A stretch of 64,000 bases of DNA from positions 20,956,001-21,020,000 of the forward strand of contig NC_082727.1 in assembly GCF_030144855.1 (NCBI RefSeq), read 5' to 3'. The notes under the pieces are model-generated. The model made no database searches, had not been told where the DNA came from, and saw only the letters and a program-made list of their open reading frames with translations. The number at the start of each line of letters is the position of its first letter. Position 1 is the first letter of the stretch. The stretch comes from Hypanus sabinus. Taxonomy: Eukaryota. The translations under genes were made by a program, and so were the position numbers. Positions 34,301 to 43,900 of the stretch are shown one piece after another.

Positions 34301-36839
34301 ATAACATACCAAATCCTTACAAACAGTAGCAGAATGGAACACAGATTTCTGGTGCTGTAATAGCTAATCGCTAATTGTGCGGTCCGTAACTTGGTTGAAT
34401 TGGAAGCACAGAATCATTTAGTGTGGGAACACACCTTACAGCACATTGAGTTCACACCAACCATCCATCTATACCTCATTCCCATCAATCCCCCCTATCC
34501 TACCCCTTACACACGGGGGGGGGGGGGGAAGGTTGGGATTTTATAACAGCTGATGACTCCCCCCCCCCCCACCCCCAAGTTGTTAGGATATGGGAGAAAA
34601 TCGGAACAACCAGGGAGAAACCCACATGGTCAGAGGGAGAACGTACAAACTCCACACAGACAGGACCAGAGGTTGGGATCGAATCCGAGTCTCTGTGATT
34701 GATATCCTGTAAATGGCTCTCATTTGACTGCAGGCAGCAGAACACACCGTACATCCTCCAGCTCCTCCAGACGTTTTGGTGGTCCTGGAACCCAGGGCGT
34801 TGCTGAAAGCACACACCAGACATCCCATCGATCCAGTGCTCCTGGGGTGCAGTCATCAGCCACGGTGTGGAATGAGGATACGTACAGGAGTGGCACTCAG
34901 CTGGAGGACTCAAGGAAAGGTGAAGACCCAGCCCTATCCCAAACACTGCTGCAGGAAGAGCAGCCATCCCTGTCTGTAGCGGGGCTCTGAGCACAGCACT
35001 GTCTGGGAATCTAGAACAAAATCAACACTGGAGGAACTCATTGGGATAGTCAGCCTCTGCAAAGGCAAAGGGATGGTTGAGGGTTTGGCTCGAGACCTTT
35101 CATCAGGGCTGGGTCCCAACACAAACTACTGTCTTGCACCCATTTGTCTCCATAGATGTTACTCGGCCTGCTGAATCTGTCTGTGGGTCTGATCACATTG
35201 TCATGCATTGTCTGAAACCAGTTCTGTTGACCATCTCACCCCTGACAACCCTCCAGAGTCCAACAAGAATTATGCAGTAATACACAACACCGAAAAGAAA
35301 TTATTAGAACGATAATAGATGGCGATTGTGTCGTTAGAGACCAGGTTGGTAAGCCCCAGGGACATGAGCAGAGGGAGCCCAGAGTCCCTAACACTGCTGA
35401 CCAATCAGGTGGTTGCCCTTTTCTACCAATCACCTTCCATCTTTGGTGGGGAGATTGCCAATCTTTGGAGTTGGTTTGCCAATCCCATTGTGGACCCAGC
35501 AGTGCTCCGGTTTGGTGGGAGAGGATAGGGGAAGGGAGGGCAGGATCTTGGCACTGTCACTGCTGTGGCTGAGGCCAGCCCAGAACTGGTCACTTGGGAA
35601 AGATTAGCTTACGTCTGCCAATTTAACGTTGTAGCAACACATGGGGATGCTCACTTTGTGTGGGTGTCAGATGAGAACCAGGGAGAACAGCTGGAGAAGG
35701 GGAGGCAAAGGAGAGCTGAAGCTGGGGAGCACAGACACCTGGTTCAGTATGCAGGGATTAGCACACTGCCCCTCTGTCTGGGAGTGACCGGCCTAGGCCT
35801 CATGCTTTGCTCCCATCAGACCCCACACACTCACAGTTGGCCAAGTTCAATTACATCTCCGTAGGGTGTAGGTTCCACACTCCACTGCTCTCAGTGAAGT
35901 TCCTCTTCACAGAATTTAAATGGGTGATCCTTTTGTAGTGAGACTGTGCCCAGGCCTGGACTGTGGTCACTTCAGCATCTCACTATTCATTTACTCTTTG
36001 AAACTCCATAGGACGTTGTCTCAATCTACTTCGGACCGCTAAATTTAACCCTGGGTAGAGCTGTGAATCATGAATTCCAACATTACTAAGGCTTCCTGTG
36101 ACCAGCCCCACTCACCATATTTCTCTCATTTCACCCACTGTCAATAGACACCCAGCCCTGCTCTTGGTAACACTGCCTCAGTTACACCATTCCTCACTAG
36201 GGTCCCCTGCAAGAGCAGAGCTCCTCATTCCCAGTTTACTCTTAACATCATCCTTGTTCTTAAATCTCTCCCCACATCCATAATCTCCAAACTCAGACCT
36301 ACTCTCATCTGGATCTCTTGATCATTCCCTTCACTCATCACATGCAGCCATGCCTTCAGATGTCTAGTCCCAAACCTCTAGGATCTCTCCCTGGTCCCAC
36401 TACCCCTCTCCCTTTACAGTCTCTCTCCCAGTCCCACTACCACTCTTCCTCATCCCACTTCCCCTTCCTCTTCCTCCCCCAATACCACCAGATCCTATCC
36501 CACTTTCCACCCACGGAACTTCTCCCCGGTGTCCCTGACCCTAGCCCAGGGGTTCCCAACCTGGGTTCCACTGACTATCGGTCCATGGCATATAAAAGGT
36601 TGTGAAACCCTGGCCTACCCTTCAGCCACCTGCCCTGATGATATTACTGATGTGAGTTCTGTTTGATGCTCCTGTGAAACACATCGGGACATAAAAGGCC
36701 TTTCATATGTACAGATTACAGCAGTAGAGATATGGTGGATGAAAAACAACCCAGGACCTGGTACAGTAATCATTTCTTTCTTTCTGTAGATCACACCAGA
36801 CACAGGCGGAGCCGCAAGAGAGCACCTGCCCTCAAGTAG
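40..36839 (+). CDS. COL17A1: Collagen alpha-1(XVII)-like (BP180), 3' portion; 33 exons in window, 5' end upstream of window
   Basis: Chain of GT-AG exons, all phase 1, giving interrupted Gly-X-Y. Junction [21 protein letters not shown] resembles human [35 protein letters not shown] resembles YSELASHVVSYLR; polybasic tail; next to STN1/SLK as in human. Confidence 0.88.
176..211 (+). CDS. COL17A1: COL17A1-like exon (GDTGERGPRGAQ)
   Basis: 36 nt, tttcag/gtgagt, Gly-X-Y. Confidence 0.88.
1165..1480 (-). mobile_element. CR1 LINE 3' fragment
   Basis: Peptide RGHNFK...VVGAWNILPEMVVEADTLGRFKRLL. Confidence 0.8.
2274..2327 (+). CDS. COL17A1: COL17A1-like exon (GESGPRGPPGATGEPGQK)
   Basis: 54 nt, ttacag/gtgagt. 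Confidence 0.9.
2792..2827 (+). CDS. COL17A1: COL17A1-like exon (GTTGADGIRGPR)
   Basis: 36 nt, actcag/gtacga. Confidence 0.85.
3297..3535 (+). repeat. Direct tandem duplication, 118 bp x2
   Basis: cccactccacagtg block at 3301 and 3419. Confidence 0.85.
3919..3972 (+). CDS. COL17A1: COL17A1-like exon (GEQGPRGLPGMPGDPGAP)
   Basis: 54 nt, cctcag/gtgagt. Confidence 0.9.
4967..5005 (+). CDS. COL17A1: COL17A1-like exon, end of the long collagen domain (GEPGTPGKIITSG)
   Basis: 39 nt, ttgcag/gtgaga; resembles human GKIVTSE. Confidence 0.88.
6661..6726 (+). CDS. COL17A1: COL17A1-like exon ([22 protein letters not shown])
   Basis: 66 nt, gttcag/gtgagt. Confidence 0.88.
7662..7712 (+). CDS. COL17A1: COL17A1-like exon (GESIIGPPGAEGPAGPK)
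   Basis: 51 nt, ccacag/gtaagt. Confidence 0.9.
8208..8285 (+). CDS. COL17A1: COL17A1-like exon ([26 protein letters not shown])
   Basis: 78 nt, ttgcag/gtacac. Confidence 0.88.
8727..8744 (+). CDS. COL17A1: COL17A1-like microexon (GLQGYK)
   Basis: 18 nt, branch point actaat, ttgcag/gtaaga, two Gly-X-Y triplets. Confidence 0.75.
9007..9048 (+). CDS. COL17A1: COL17A1-like exon (GERGHPGQPGIPAP)
   Basis: 42 nt, tgtcag/gtaagt. Confidence 0.88.
9613..9687 (+). CDS. COL17A1: COL17A1-like exon ([25 protein letters not shown])
   Basis: 75 nt, ccctag/gtcagt. Confidence 0.88.
10185..10244 (+). CDS. COL17A1: COL17A1-like exon (GERGDIGIPGAPGIPGRSPV)
   Basis: 60 nt, tatcag/gtagga. Confidence 0.85.
11352..11402 (+). 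CDS. COL17A1: COL17A1-like exon ([17 protein letters not shown])
   Basis: 51 nt, ccacag/gtgagt. Confidence 0.88.
11754..12082. mobile_element. hAT-like MITE
   Basis: Imperfect TIRs cgatgttccctct / agaaggaacgttg; degenerate 8-bp TSD ctgcccta / ctgcccac. Confidence 0.55.
12296..12358 (+). CDS. COL17A1: COL17A1-like exon (GPPGVSGSVGQVRQLVMETLQ)
   Basis: 63 nt, ctccag/gtaagt. Confidence 0.85.
13122..13253 (+). CDS. COL17A1: COL17A1-like exon (SDGVWNSLSGPPG...[13 protein letters not shown])
   Basis: 132 nt, tttcag/gtaagt; resembles human DYSELASHVVSYLR. Confidence 0.92.
13629..13721 (+). CDS. COL17A1: COL17A1-like exon (DSGLGVGHRGPPG...SSADLITYLQ)
   Basis: 93 nt, ttccag/gtaagt. Confidence 0.9.
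13875..14530 (+). repeat. 52-54 bp minisatellite, about 12 copies
   Basis: Unit ccctgtgtctggccctgtcagtgtgtgatgggacagtgtggagggagcctca. Confidence 0.92.
14614..14721 (+). CDS. COL17A1: COL17A1-like exon (RTEVQQYLRGLLGPSGPQG...ELEAYVTDFSR)
   Basis: 108 nt, ccacag/gtaacg. Confidence 0.8.
15200..15304 (+). CDS. COL17A1: COL17A1-like exon (SWSAGSGRPGPPG...RDLAVLLQ)
   Basis: 105 nt, ttgcag/gtgagt. Confidence 0.9.
16596..16748 (+). CDS. COL17A1: COL17A1-like exon (DESVRRYLVGPPG...LDYRDIAHRLQDYLR)
   Basis: 153 nt, ctgcag/gtgagt. Confidence 0.92.
17509..17610 (+). CDS. COL17A1: COL17A1-like exon (SSGTVLQVQGPPG...SSAELLALLQ)
   Basis: 102 nt, tgccag/gtgagt. Confidence 0.9.
18029..18157 (+). CDS. COL17A1: COL17A1-like exon (SPQIRGITGQPG...VEDVVTYIQ)
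   Basis: 129 nt, ctttag/gtaact. Confidence 0.9.
18388..18507 (+). CDS. COL17A1: COL17A1-like exon (NSGYSVRGPQG...LKNEIINYFT)
   Basis: 120 nt, gtccag/gtaagt; resembles human FRSELISYLT. Confidence 0.9.
20025..20922 (+). mobile_element. CR1 LINE, 5'-truncated (RT C-terminus to 3' tail)
   Basis: [32 protein letters not shown] motifs; ttctatg-type tail. Confidence 0.9.
20930..21025 (+). CDS. COL17A1: COL17A1-like last Gly-X-Y exon ([32 protein letters not shown])
   Basis: 96 nt, ctacag/gtaagt; resembles human VRSFIVGPPG...YNELAVRVSESMQ. Confidence 0.88.
21369..21482 (+). CDS. COL17A1: C-terminal repeat exon 1 (DNGLIDSRVIAGGGSGRNGYLWRERTYGNGTDFENYLR), most diverged
   Basis: 114 nt, ttccag/gtagga, phase 1-1, NGT sequon. 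Confidence 0.8.
22114..22248 (+). CDS. COL17A1: C-terminal repeat exon 2 (DNSWTSHASHTSSRSSGAPGVANWLQFDWEKVFNGNKTAYEEFLR)
   Basis: 135 nt, ttgtag/gtgaga, phase 1-1. Confidence 0.85.
22325..22814 (+). mobile_element. CR1 LINE 3' fragment, close relative of the 20.4-20.9 kb copy
   Basis: ORF 22342-22752 EALEKVQRRFTRMLPGL; ttctatg tail. Confidence 0.9.
23639..23752 (+). CDS. COL17A1: C-terminal repeat exon 3 (DYGWIVQASHGSGASDRRQFDWEKLFNGNRTAYEEFLR)
   Basis: 114 nt, ctatag/gtgaga. Confidence 0.85.
25463..25576 (+). CDS. COL17A1: C-terminal repeat exon 4 (DYGWIVQASHGSGASDRRQFDWEKVFNGNRTAYEEFLR)
   Basis: 114 nt, ctatag/gtgaga. Confidence 0.85.
27286..27399 (+). CDS. COL17A1: C-terminal repeat exon 5 (DYGWIVQASHGSGASDRRQFDWEKVFKGNRTAYEEFLR)
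   Basis: 114 nt, ctatag/gtgaga. Confidence 0.85.
28780..28985 (+). mobile_element. Short CR1 3' fragment specific to the repeat 5-6 intron
   Basis: [24 protein letters not shown]. Confidence 0.75.
29199..29312 (+). CDS. COL17A1: C-terminal repeat exon 6 (ENGWAVHASHGSGASDRRQFDWEKVFNGNRTAYEEFLR)
   Basis: 114 nt, ctgtag/gtgaga. Confidence 0.85.
30362..31952 (+). mobile_element. Tc1/mariner transposon, full length, inactive (transposase ~30721-31734 with frameshift and stops)
   Basis: ~200-bp TIRs (CAAACCCC...GGGATTTG), TA on both sides, WSDES / QDNARPH / SPDLSPIEN catalytic motifs. Confidence 0.93.
33147..33260 (+). CDS. COL17A1: C-terminal repeat exon 7 (DKGWAVHTSHSTATSNGKQFDWDQLFKDDKEAIEEYRR)
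   Basis: 114 nt, ctgtag/gtgaga; N-glycosylation sequon absent. Confidence 0.85.
33610..34200 (-). mobile_element. CR1 LINE fragment
   Basis: MLAFIARGIEFK...YCVQFWSPYLKDILALEVVQR. Confidence 0.85.
34734..34919 (+). CDS. COL17A1: COL17A1-like penultimate exon, Ser/Thr/Gly-rich (GSRTHRTSSSSSRRFGGPGTQG...LEDSRK)
   Basis: 186 nt, ctgcag acceptor, weak gtgaag donor, open in phase 1-1. Confidence 0.62.
36790..36839 (+). CDS. COL17A1: COL17A1-like terminal coding exon (DHTRHRRSRKRAPALK*)
   Basis: Strong pyrimidine tract + tag; polybasic tail like human DQVYAGRRRRRSIAVKP; TAG at 36837-36839. Confidence 0.8.
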
Positions 36840-38184
36840 TTCACCATCTGTGAGACAGTTCTCGGGCAGTGGTTTGCTTTGGGCCCACTCTCCAACACAG
36901 CAGTTTAATGTCAAAGAAAAAATGCATGCATATTTCTTCTCTTCTAATACCGTGGGGTTCTACTATCCTTCCGTCCTAGCCTGGGGTTCTGACTATCCAA
37001 TGGAAACTGGTCGACAGTGCCTGATCTTTGTTACTTCCTGATGGGATCGCTATGCCACTGACCAATGATGACGTGGCAACATCTCTCCCGAAGACCTGGG
37101 GATCAGTGTGGTACAGCACCAGCTGAAGCATGACAGCCTCTTCCCCTCCCCACACAAGCCCAGTGCAAAGAAGGGCCAAGACATCACTTCCCCACCTCCC
37201 TCCATCCCATCCCCACACCGTGATGTCAGAAGCCAGGGAGAAAGCCCACCACATCCGGGGAAGATGGTAACTGTGGAATTCCAGCTCCTCAGCAGGTTTC
37301 CAGTAGGAGAATGATTAGGAAATGAGATGGTGATGAGCTCGTAGAGTGGTGCAGAACATGGATAATCAGCCAACACCCAGCCAGTATAAAGTCTCACCAG
37401 AGTGGGCTGGTACCATTGCCCACAGCCTCTGGCTGAGACAGTCTGCCTGTTTACATTGGCACTCACAGGAAGAAGGGGATGGACAGGTTTTTATGGATGA
37501 GAGTCTCCGACAAGGGGCCATGGTTTCAGGACAAGGCGATGGTACATAGGAACAAATGTATTCTAATAAGAGTACAGGGATTCCGGAATTTTCCAGCTGA
37601 GTACCGAGGAAATTTGGAACACCTAGAGCAGAGATGAGCAATTTCTTTAGCCAGAAGGTAGTGAATCTCTGTACTTCATTATTAGGAACATTTAAAGTGG
37701 AGGTTGATAAGTTCTTGATTAGTAAGGGTGTCAAAGGTTATGGGGAGAAGGTAGAATGGGGTTGAGAGGGATAATAAATCAGCCATGAGATGGTGGAGCA
37801 AACGGGCTGATGTCTTCTGGAGTGTGTTGTAGAGACTGGAACAGAGGTATTTAAAGAAGAGGGAAAGGTCAGGGTCTAAGGGCAGTGGGGAGCTGACATC
37901 CAAGACCCACGTAGATTAGCTATGAACATAACGGCAGGGCAGGTCTGATGGCCAACATTGCACCTATCTCCTTGTGTAACCTGGAGAAGGATTCCTGGGG
38001 TGGGGTTTTGAGGGAGTAAAGCTGAGTCTTTGCCTTCAGTCACTGCCCTGCTTTCTCCCTCCCCTTGGGCTCTGAGCTTGCTGGAAGCTTTCTCTCTGCT
38101 GGTGACATTCCTGCGTACGTTTCCTTTCAAGTACCAACTGATGATTTTTCAGCTTGCCTTGTTTAAATTATAAATTGTTTTTGG

Positions 38185-38190
38185 AATAAA
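38185..38190 (+). terminator. Probable polyadenylation signal of the collagen gene (alternative at 39131-39136)
   Basis: AATAAA after a U-rich stretch, ~1.35 kb past the stop codon. Confidence 0.55.
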
Positions 38191-40602
38191 CATTTTAAGA
38201 AAGAAATTGGAGGTAATTTTTAAACAGCCTGCTCTTGATGAGATCTCTGTGTGGAGGGACTCCTATCTGATCCACTGAAGTCAGATCTGAATGTGTCAAC
38301 GGGTGTCTGAGGGTGGGGATCCAGTCAGGCAGAGGATGATGGGGTGGTGGGAGTCACACAGTCATAGAGCTGTGGCCCCCTTGGACTGTTCAGAATCACT
38401 CCCCCCACCCACCCGGAGTGCAGACCCTGCCTCATCCTCCTAGACCCAGGCTTACTAGCTCCACTTACCACCACGGCCTGGGACATTGCCAGGTTTTATA
38501 ACCTGCAGACATAGGAGCTAATGTGTCTGATGCCGCATCTCCTTGGTCCGCCTGGACAGGTCTGGGAACTGGTCTTAAGTGGAGTTCTGTGCTCCAGGTT
38601 GAAATTTCCACCATTCTGATATGACAGATGCTGTGGGGCAGGGTGACCGAAGCAACTCCACACATGATTTCACCATAGTTAGTTCACAAGAGGAAGCCAG
38701 GGATGTCCTCAGGGACCTGTACACAGCCTTTAGCTGTCAGATCAGATGAAAGGCGAATGGTTTTATAATCAGCCGCTGGTAATGGGTGGGGCAGTGTACA
38801 TGCAGGGACGCTACCCATAGCCTGGGCTTTCCCACCGTTGTTAACTCGCCTCCCTGAACAGTGGGCATTCCAACCTGGAATATCAGACCCCACTAACAAC
38901 CAGCTCCTGGTCCTATTAAGCTGGGTCGAGGGAATGGGACATGCAGTGTGGGAATTCATCGGACATGTTGTGTTAAGGGTGATGGGGGGGCGGATGTCAA
39001 TTACACTCTGTGCTTGAAGCTCTTGCACCCTCCAACCTCTGGAGATATGTTTCCAACTCTAGACTAGCCTACCGGTCCTCCGAGCGGTTTATTAGTCTGC
39101 AAACTGTGCTCTTTCTCTGATAAACGTTTCAATAAACTGTCAGCATGAACAATTCTGGACTGACCATGTGACCTCATTGGGAATAGAAGCAGCCCTTTGC
39201 CGTTCTGAATGTTAGTTACTGCCCAGTTACAGCACAATCTAGAAATACAGATTCATTTATCACATGTACATGGAAACTCACAGTGAAAAGCGTCATCAGT
39301 GTTGACAACCAACACAACCTGAGGGTATGCTGGGGACAGCCTGCAAGTGGCGCCACACATTCCAGTGCCAACATAGTATGCCCACAATACTTGGCAGAAC
39401 AACATAGATCACAACAAATAACGAAACATCTACAACTAAACAAGCCCTGCTACTGTCTGTCTCTCTCACTCACCACCCCCCCCCGTTTTCTAACCCCAAG
39501 TGGGTCTCAAACCCACCCCAGAGATTTGCACATCCTGAGAGCCAGTGGGAAACACAATCAACCCCATTCCCCACTCTTGTTCATCCTCTCCTGGGCACTG
39601 CTAGCTGTCCTCCCCCACTCTTCCAAGCCCACCATGCCAACCTTCCACTGTACATACAGGGAAAAATTGAATAGATTATAACTTTATTCGCTGTAATGTC
39701 TGATAATGAGAGGAGATTTGATAGAGATACTCTGAATTATGAGGGTTAGAGACAGAGAGTACTTGCCTTTTTCCTTCAGGCTAAATAAGATCAGGGATCA
39801 TAGGTTAAGGTAAAATATTTAAGGGGAAGCTGAGGGGGATCTTCTTCACTCAGAACATGGTGCAAGTGTGGACCGAGCTGCCAGCAGAAGTGACAGATGC
39901 AGGTTAAATTGCACCATTTAAGAGAAGCCTGGATAAGTACTATAGATGGATGAGAGGGGTATGAAGGGCTGTGGTCCAGGTGAAAGTGGACGGGCCTAGC
40001 GGAAAACCAGGCTGCCACAGACTAGGTGGGCCAAAGGGACTGTTTGTGCTATAGTGCTCCATAACTCTATCCCTCACCGCACTGCTCTGACACAAACTGC
40101 TGCAGTCACGACACTCAGGTCACCAGAGTCACAGTTTTTGGCCAAGTCACTCCTCCGTGTGAGCGAGTGACATTCTCAGGGCGTTTGATGTGGGATTCTA
40201 CCAGGCAGCGGGACCAGTGGACCTCAGTGGGGAGCATGGGATTGCCACAGGGATAGTCAGCCCGAGTGGAGCTGAATGGCTTGTGTCCGTCCAGCCAATA
40301 CCCGAGGATGCTTAAAACTATGCAAAGCTACGAACTGCGCCCTCACTTGTGGGGTCCTGTTCACTGTCCTGGGAGTAGGGGTGGGTCCCTGTGCTGTCAC
40401 CAGTCCAACACAACAGACCGCCCGCACTCCCCACCATTGCACAGGTCACACAGTCTCAATATGCACAAACGTGATCATTGACTTTTCTCACCTGGAGTCA
40501 CTGACAAATGATAAGCAGTTCTGGGTGACGGTAAGAGATGGAGGGAAGAAGGGGTACAATATTTCTAAGAGACATCGTTGATAAATAAAGATTGTGCAAT
40601 TA

Positions 40603-40608
40603 TTTATT
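40603..40608 (-). terminator. Probable STN1 polyadenylation signal
   Basis: AATAAA on - (tttatt on +), ~215 nt past the stop codon. Confidence 0.55.
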
Positions 40609-40820
40609 GGATAAAGTTGAATAAATTCATAGTCAAATCTCCACTCTACTTTCTGAGAACCTATGATAATTAATGAAGTCACTCTGTGGTCCATGTCGAT
40701 GTAACTCCTGAATGAGAGGCGTGCCCTCACATACCTCTACCCACCCTCGGTCACGCTGGGGTATCGACACACACCTCACGCTCCCAGGGTCCAGTAATGC
40801 GGCACACAGCGACAGAAGTC

Positions 40821-40984
40821 TCATGCACGGGAGGTGGTGTAGTGCCCCTCCATAGTACTGACAATCTTGCTGGCACACTCCAAACTGTTCAGCACCCGCT
40901 GCACTGTTGCCTCAGCAACTCCTGCACTGTAGCAGTTCTGCACACAGCTCAGAATGTGGAGGATCGGGCAGCCTTTATCGATGT
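40821..40984 (-). CDS. STN1: STN1 last coding exon ([12 protein letters not shown]...[14 protein letters not shown])
   Basis: Winged helix 2 motif, TGA at 40823-40821. Confidence 0.92.
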
Positions 40985-43900
40985 CTAGTGCAAAGAGAGG
41001 AAGAATTAAACACAAGGGCGTTCTGACCTCAGCTGAACACCGAGCAGTTGATATCCAAAGGAGGATTGCCAATGACCTTGAAATTTCAGTCTGATTCATC
41101 CCAAATGCCTTTCAGTACCTCACATCTGCCCTGTAAGTACAGATGGCCCCGCATTACTGTCACATATCTGCCCCGTCTGTACCCAGACCAGTACAGGTGA
41201 TCCCAATCTGCCCCAGCATCCAGAACCTAGAACATTACAGCACAGTACAAGCCCTTCGATCCACAATATTGTGAAGACCCTTTAACTTACTCTAACCTCA
41301 ATGTAACACTTCCCTCCCACACAGCCCTCCATTTTTCTATCATCCATGTGCCTATCTCAGTCAATTAAATGTCTCTAATGTATCTGCCTCTACCACCACC
41401 CAAGCTGTGTGTTCTGCACACTCATCACTCTCTGTGTAAAGACCCTACCTCTGAAATCCTCCTATACTTTCCTCCAATCACTTTAAAATTACAGCACAGG
41501 AACAGACCCACAATATGCTGAACCAATTAAATCAGTAATCAAATGGCCAACTAAACTAATCTCTTCTGCCTACACAATGTTCATCTCATAGAAACATAGA
41601 AAACCTACAGCACTATAGGGGTCCTTTGGCCCACAAAGATGTGCTGAACATGTCCCTACCCTAGAAATTACTAGGCTTACTTATAGCCGCCTATTTTTCT
41701 AAGCCCCATGTACCTATCCAAAAGTCTCTTAAAAGACCCTATCGTATCCGCCTCCACCACCGTTGCCGGCAGCCCATTCCACACACTCACCACTCTCCGC
41801 ATAAAAAACGCACCCCTGACATCACCTCTGTACCTACTCCCCAGCACCTTAAACCTGTGTCCTCTTGTGGCAACCATTTCAGCCCTGGGAAAAAGCCTCT
41901 GACTATCCACACGATCAATGCCTCTCATCATCTTATACATCTCTATCAGGTCACCTCTCATCCTCCGTCGCTCCAAGGAGAAAAGGCTGAGTTCACTCAA
42001 CCTATTCTCGTAAGGCATGCTCCCCAATCCAGGCAACGTCCTTGTAAATCTCCTCTGCACCCTTTCTATGGCTTCCACATCCTTCCATTTTCCTCATGTG
42101 CATCTGCCTGTAACCACCATCCCAGGCTTTGTGTAATAAAAACTTGTCCCTCACATCTGCTTTGGAATTAACCACTCTCACCTTAAATACATGCTCTCTG
42201 GTATTAGAAATTTCAACCCTGGGTATTGTCTGCTACTCTACCTATGCCTTTGATAAGCTTATAAATCACTATGACAGGGGTTCCCCAGCTTTTTTTATGC
42301 CATGGACCAATACCATTAAACTAGGAGTCTGTAGACCCCAGTTTGAGAACCCCTGCTCAGTGAGACCCCCCCCACCCCCCCCCCCCCCCGTCAGTCTCCA
42401 CCACTCCAGAGAAAACATCCAAGTTTGTCCAAACTCACGCTACCTCCCCAATGTTCTATGAAGTTCTGGCATTCAGAACACAGATGATGAAGGCAATTCT
42501 TCACCCAAAGGGAAGTGAATCTTTAGAAATCTCCACTGCAAGGGCTGTGGAGTGTGCTCAAGCCAGAGACTGGCTGCGTTTTAGGTACGCAAGTGATATG
42601 AGGTTAGCCCATGAGAGGGAATGAATGGTTACCCTTGCTTCGATTTTTATGTTTTAAGTATTGACTGGAATTGGACTGCAGGAAAGTTGTTTTGTGGGTC
42701 AGAACTGAGTTCCTTTGGACTCTAAACCCCTTCCTCGATGGCCCTCAATGTTTAAAAGGTTTTATACAAACTACATCCTCCATTGCACAGCAGCTGAAAG
42801 CTGGTGACACCAGAGACTGTATTCACTGGAATCTGGAGCAAACAACAATCTGCCAGAGGAATTCGAGGGGTGGGGGAGGAACTGTGGACACCAAATTCAG
42901 TGTCCATCCTGGACCCTTGAAAGGGCTCACCAAAGAGGGCAAGATCTGCAGAGGAAATCACTCACATTTTGGTCTTGTGGAATCATCGCGAATGATCCCT
43001 AGTGTCACATCATGTAGCTCCTTCTCCTGGTCAGTGACCTGTGGAGAATTTGTAAACAGATCAGCATGTCAGTACGGCACAGACTCAAATCACTAGCCAC
43101 TGGCCCAATATAGACATGGCTCTCATTTGGAGAATCCAGGACTAACACTCTCCGTGTAGACAGTGGTCCACATTTGTTGAATGAAACCAGGACCCTGAGC
43201 CGGAACTCTGCTTCAGGTCAGGGGGTTTTACTCCCTCAGTCTATCGGCTTTCATGACAAAGCCAGCACTCAGTGCCTTTGGGAAGAAGGTGGTAAATGCT
43301 TTTAACCTGTGGAGTCCTTCTGCTGAAGGTAACCTGCGTTTCAGGGACAGAGTCCTGGGTTTAGATTCAGTGATGACTAGGAAACTGTGCTATTCTTCCA
43401 ATCCAGAATGGAGTACGACTTCAGGGGAGAGAAAAGGGATAGGCCCTAGACTGAGGCGAGACACCTACCAGATACAACTCGTTAGGGCCCTCCACCTTCT
43501 GGAAAATGACTCCCTCCTCCTGCAGTGCGGAGATGGCCTCTTGAAAAGTGGTGTGAATCTGCCTTGATACACATAGCAAGCTCGCAGGCTCCTTAAAAAG
43601 ACAGGAAACAGAACATGAACACACAGCGCAGTGGCAGGAGACAGTGACAGGAGGGAGAACCCTCTCATTCAATGTCCGTCCAGCCAGACCTTCCTTATAG
43701 CTGCTCTCAATCCCAAAGCATAGCGCCCTCACCACGTACAAAATGCTGGAGGGACTTAGCAGGTCAGGCAGTATGTATGGCGGGGAATAAATAGTCGATG
43801 TTTTGGGCCAAGACCCTTCATCAGGACTGGAAAGGAAGCAGCTTCTCACTTCATTACCCCCCCACCTATCCTCTCACCTGGTCTCACTTATCACCTCAAA

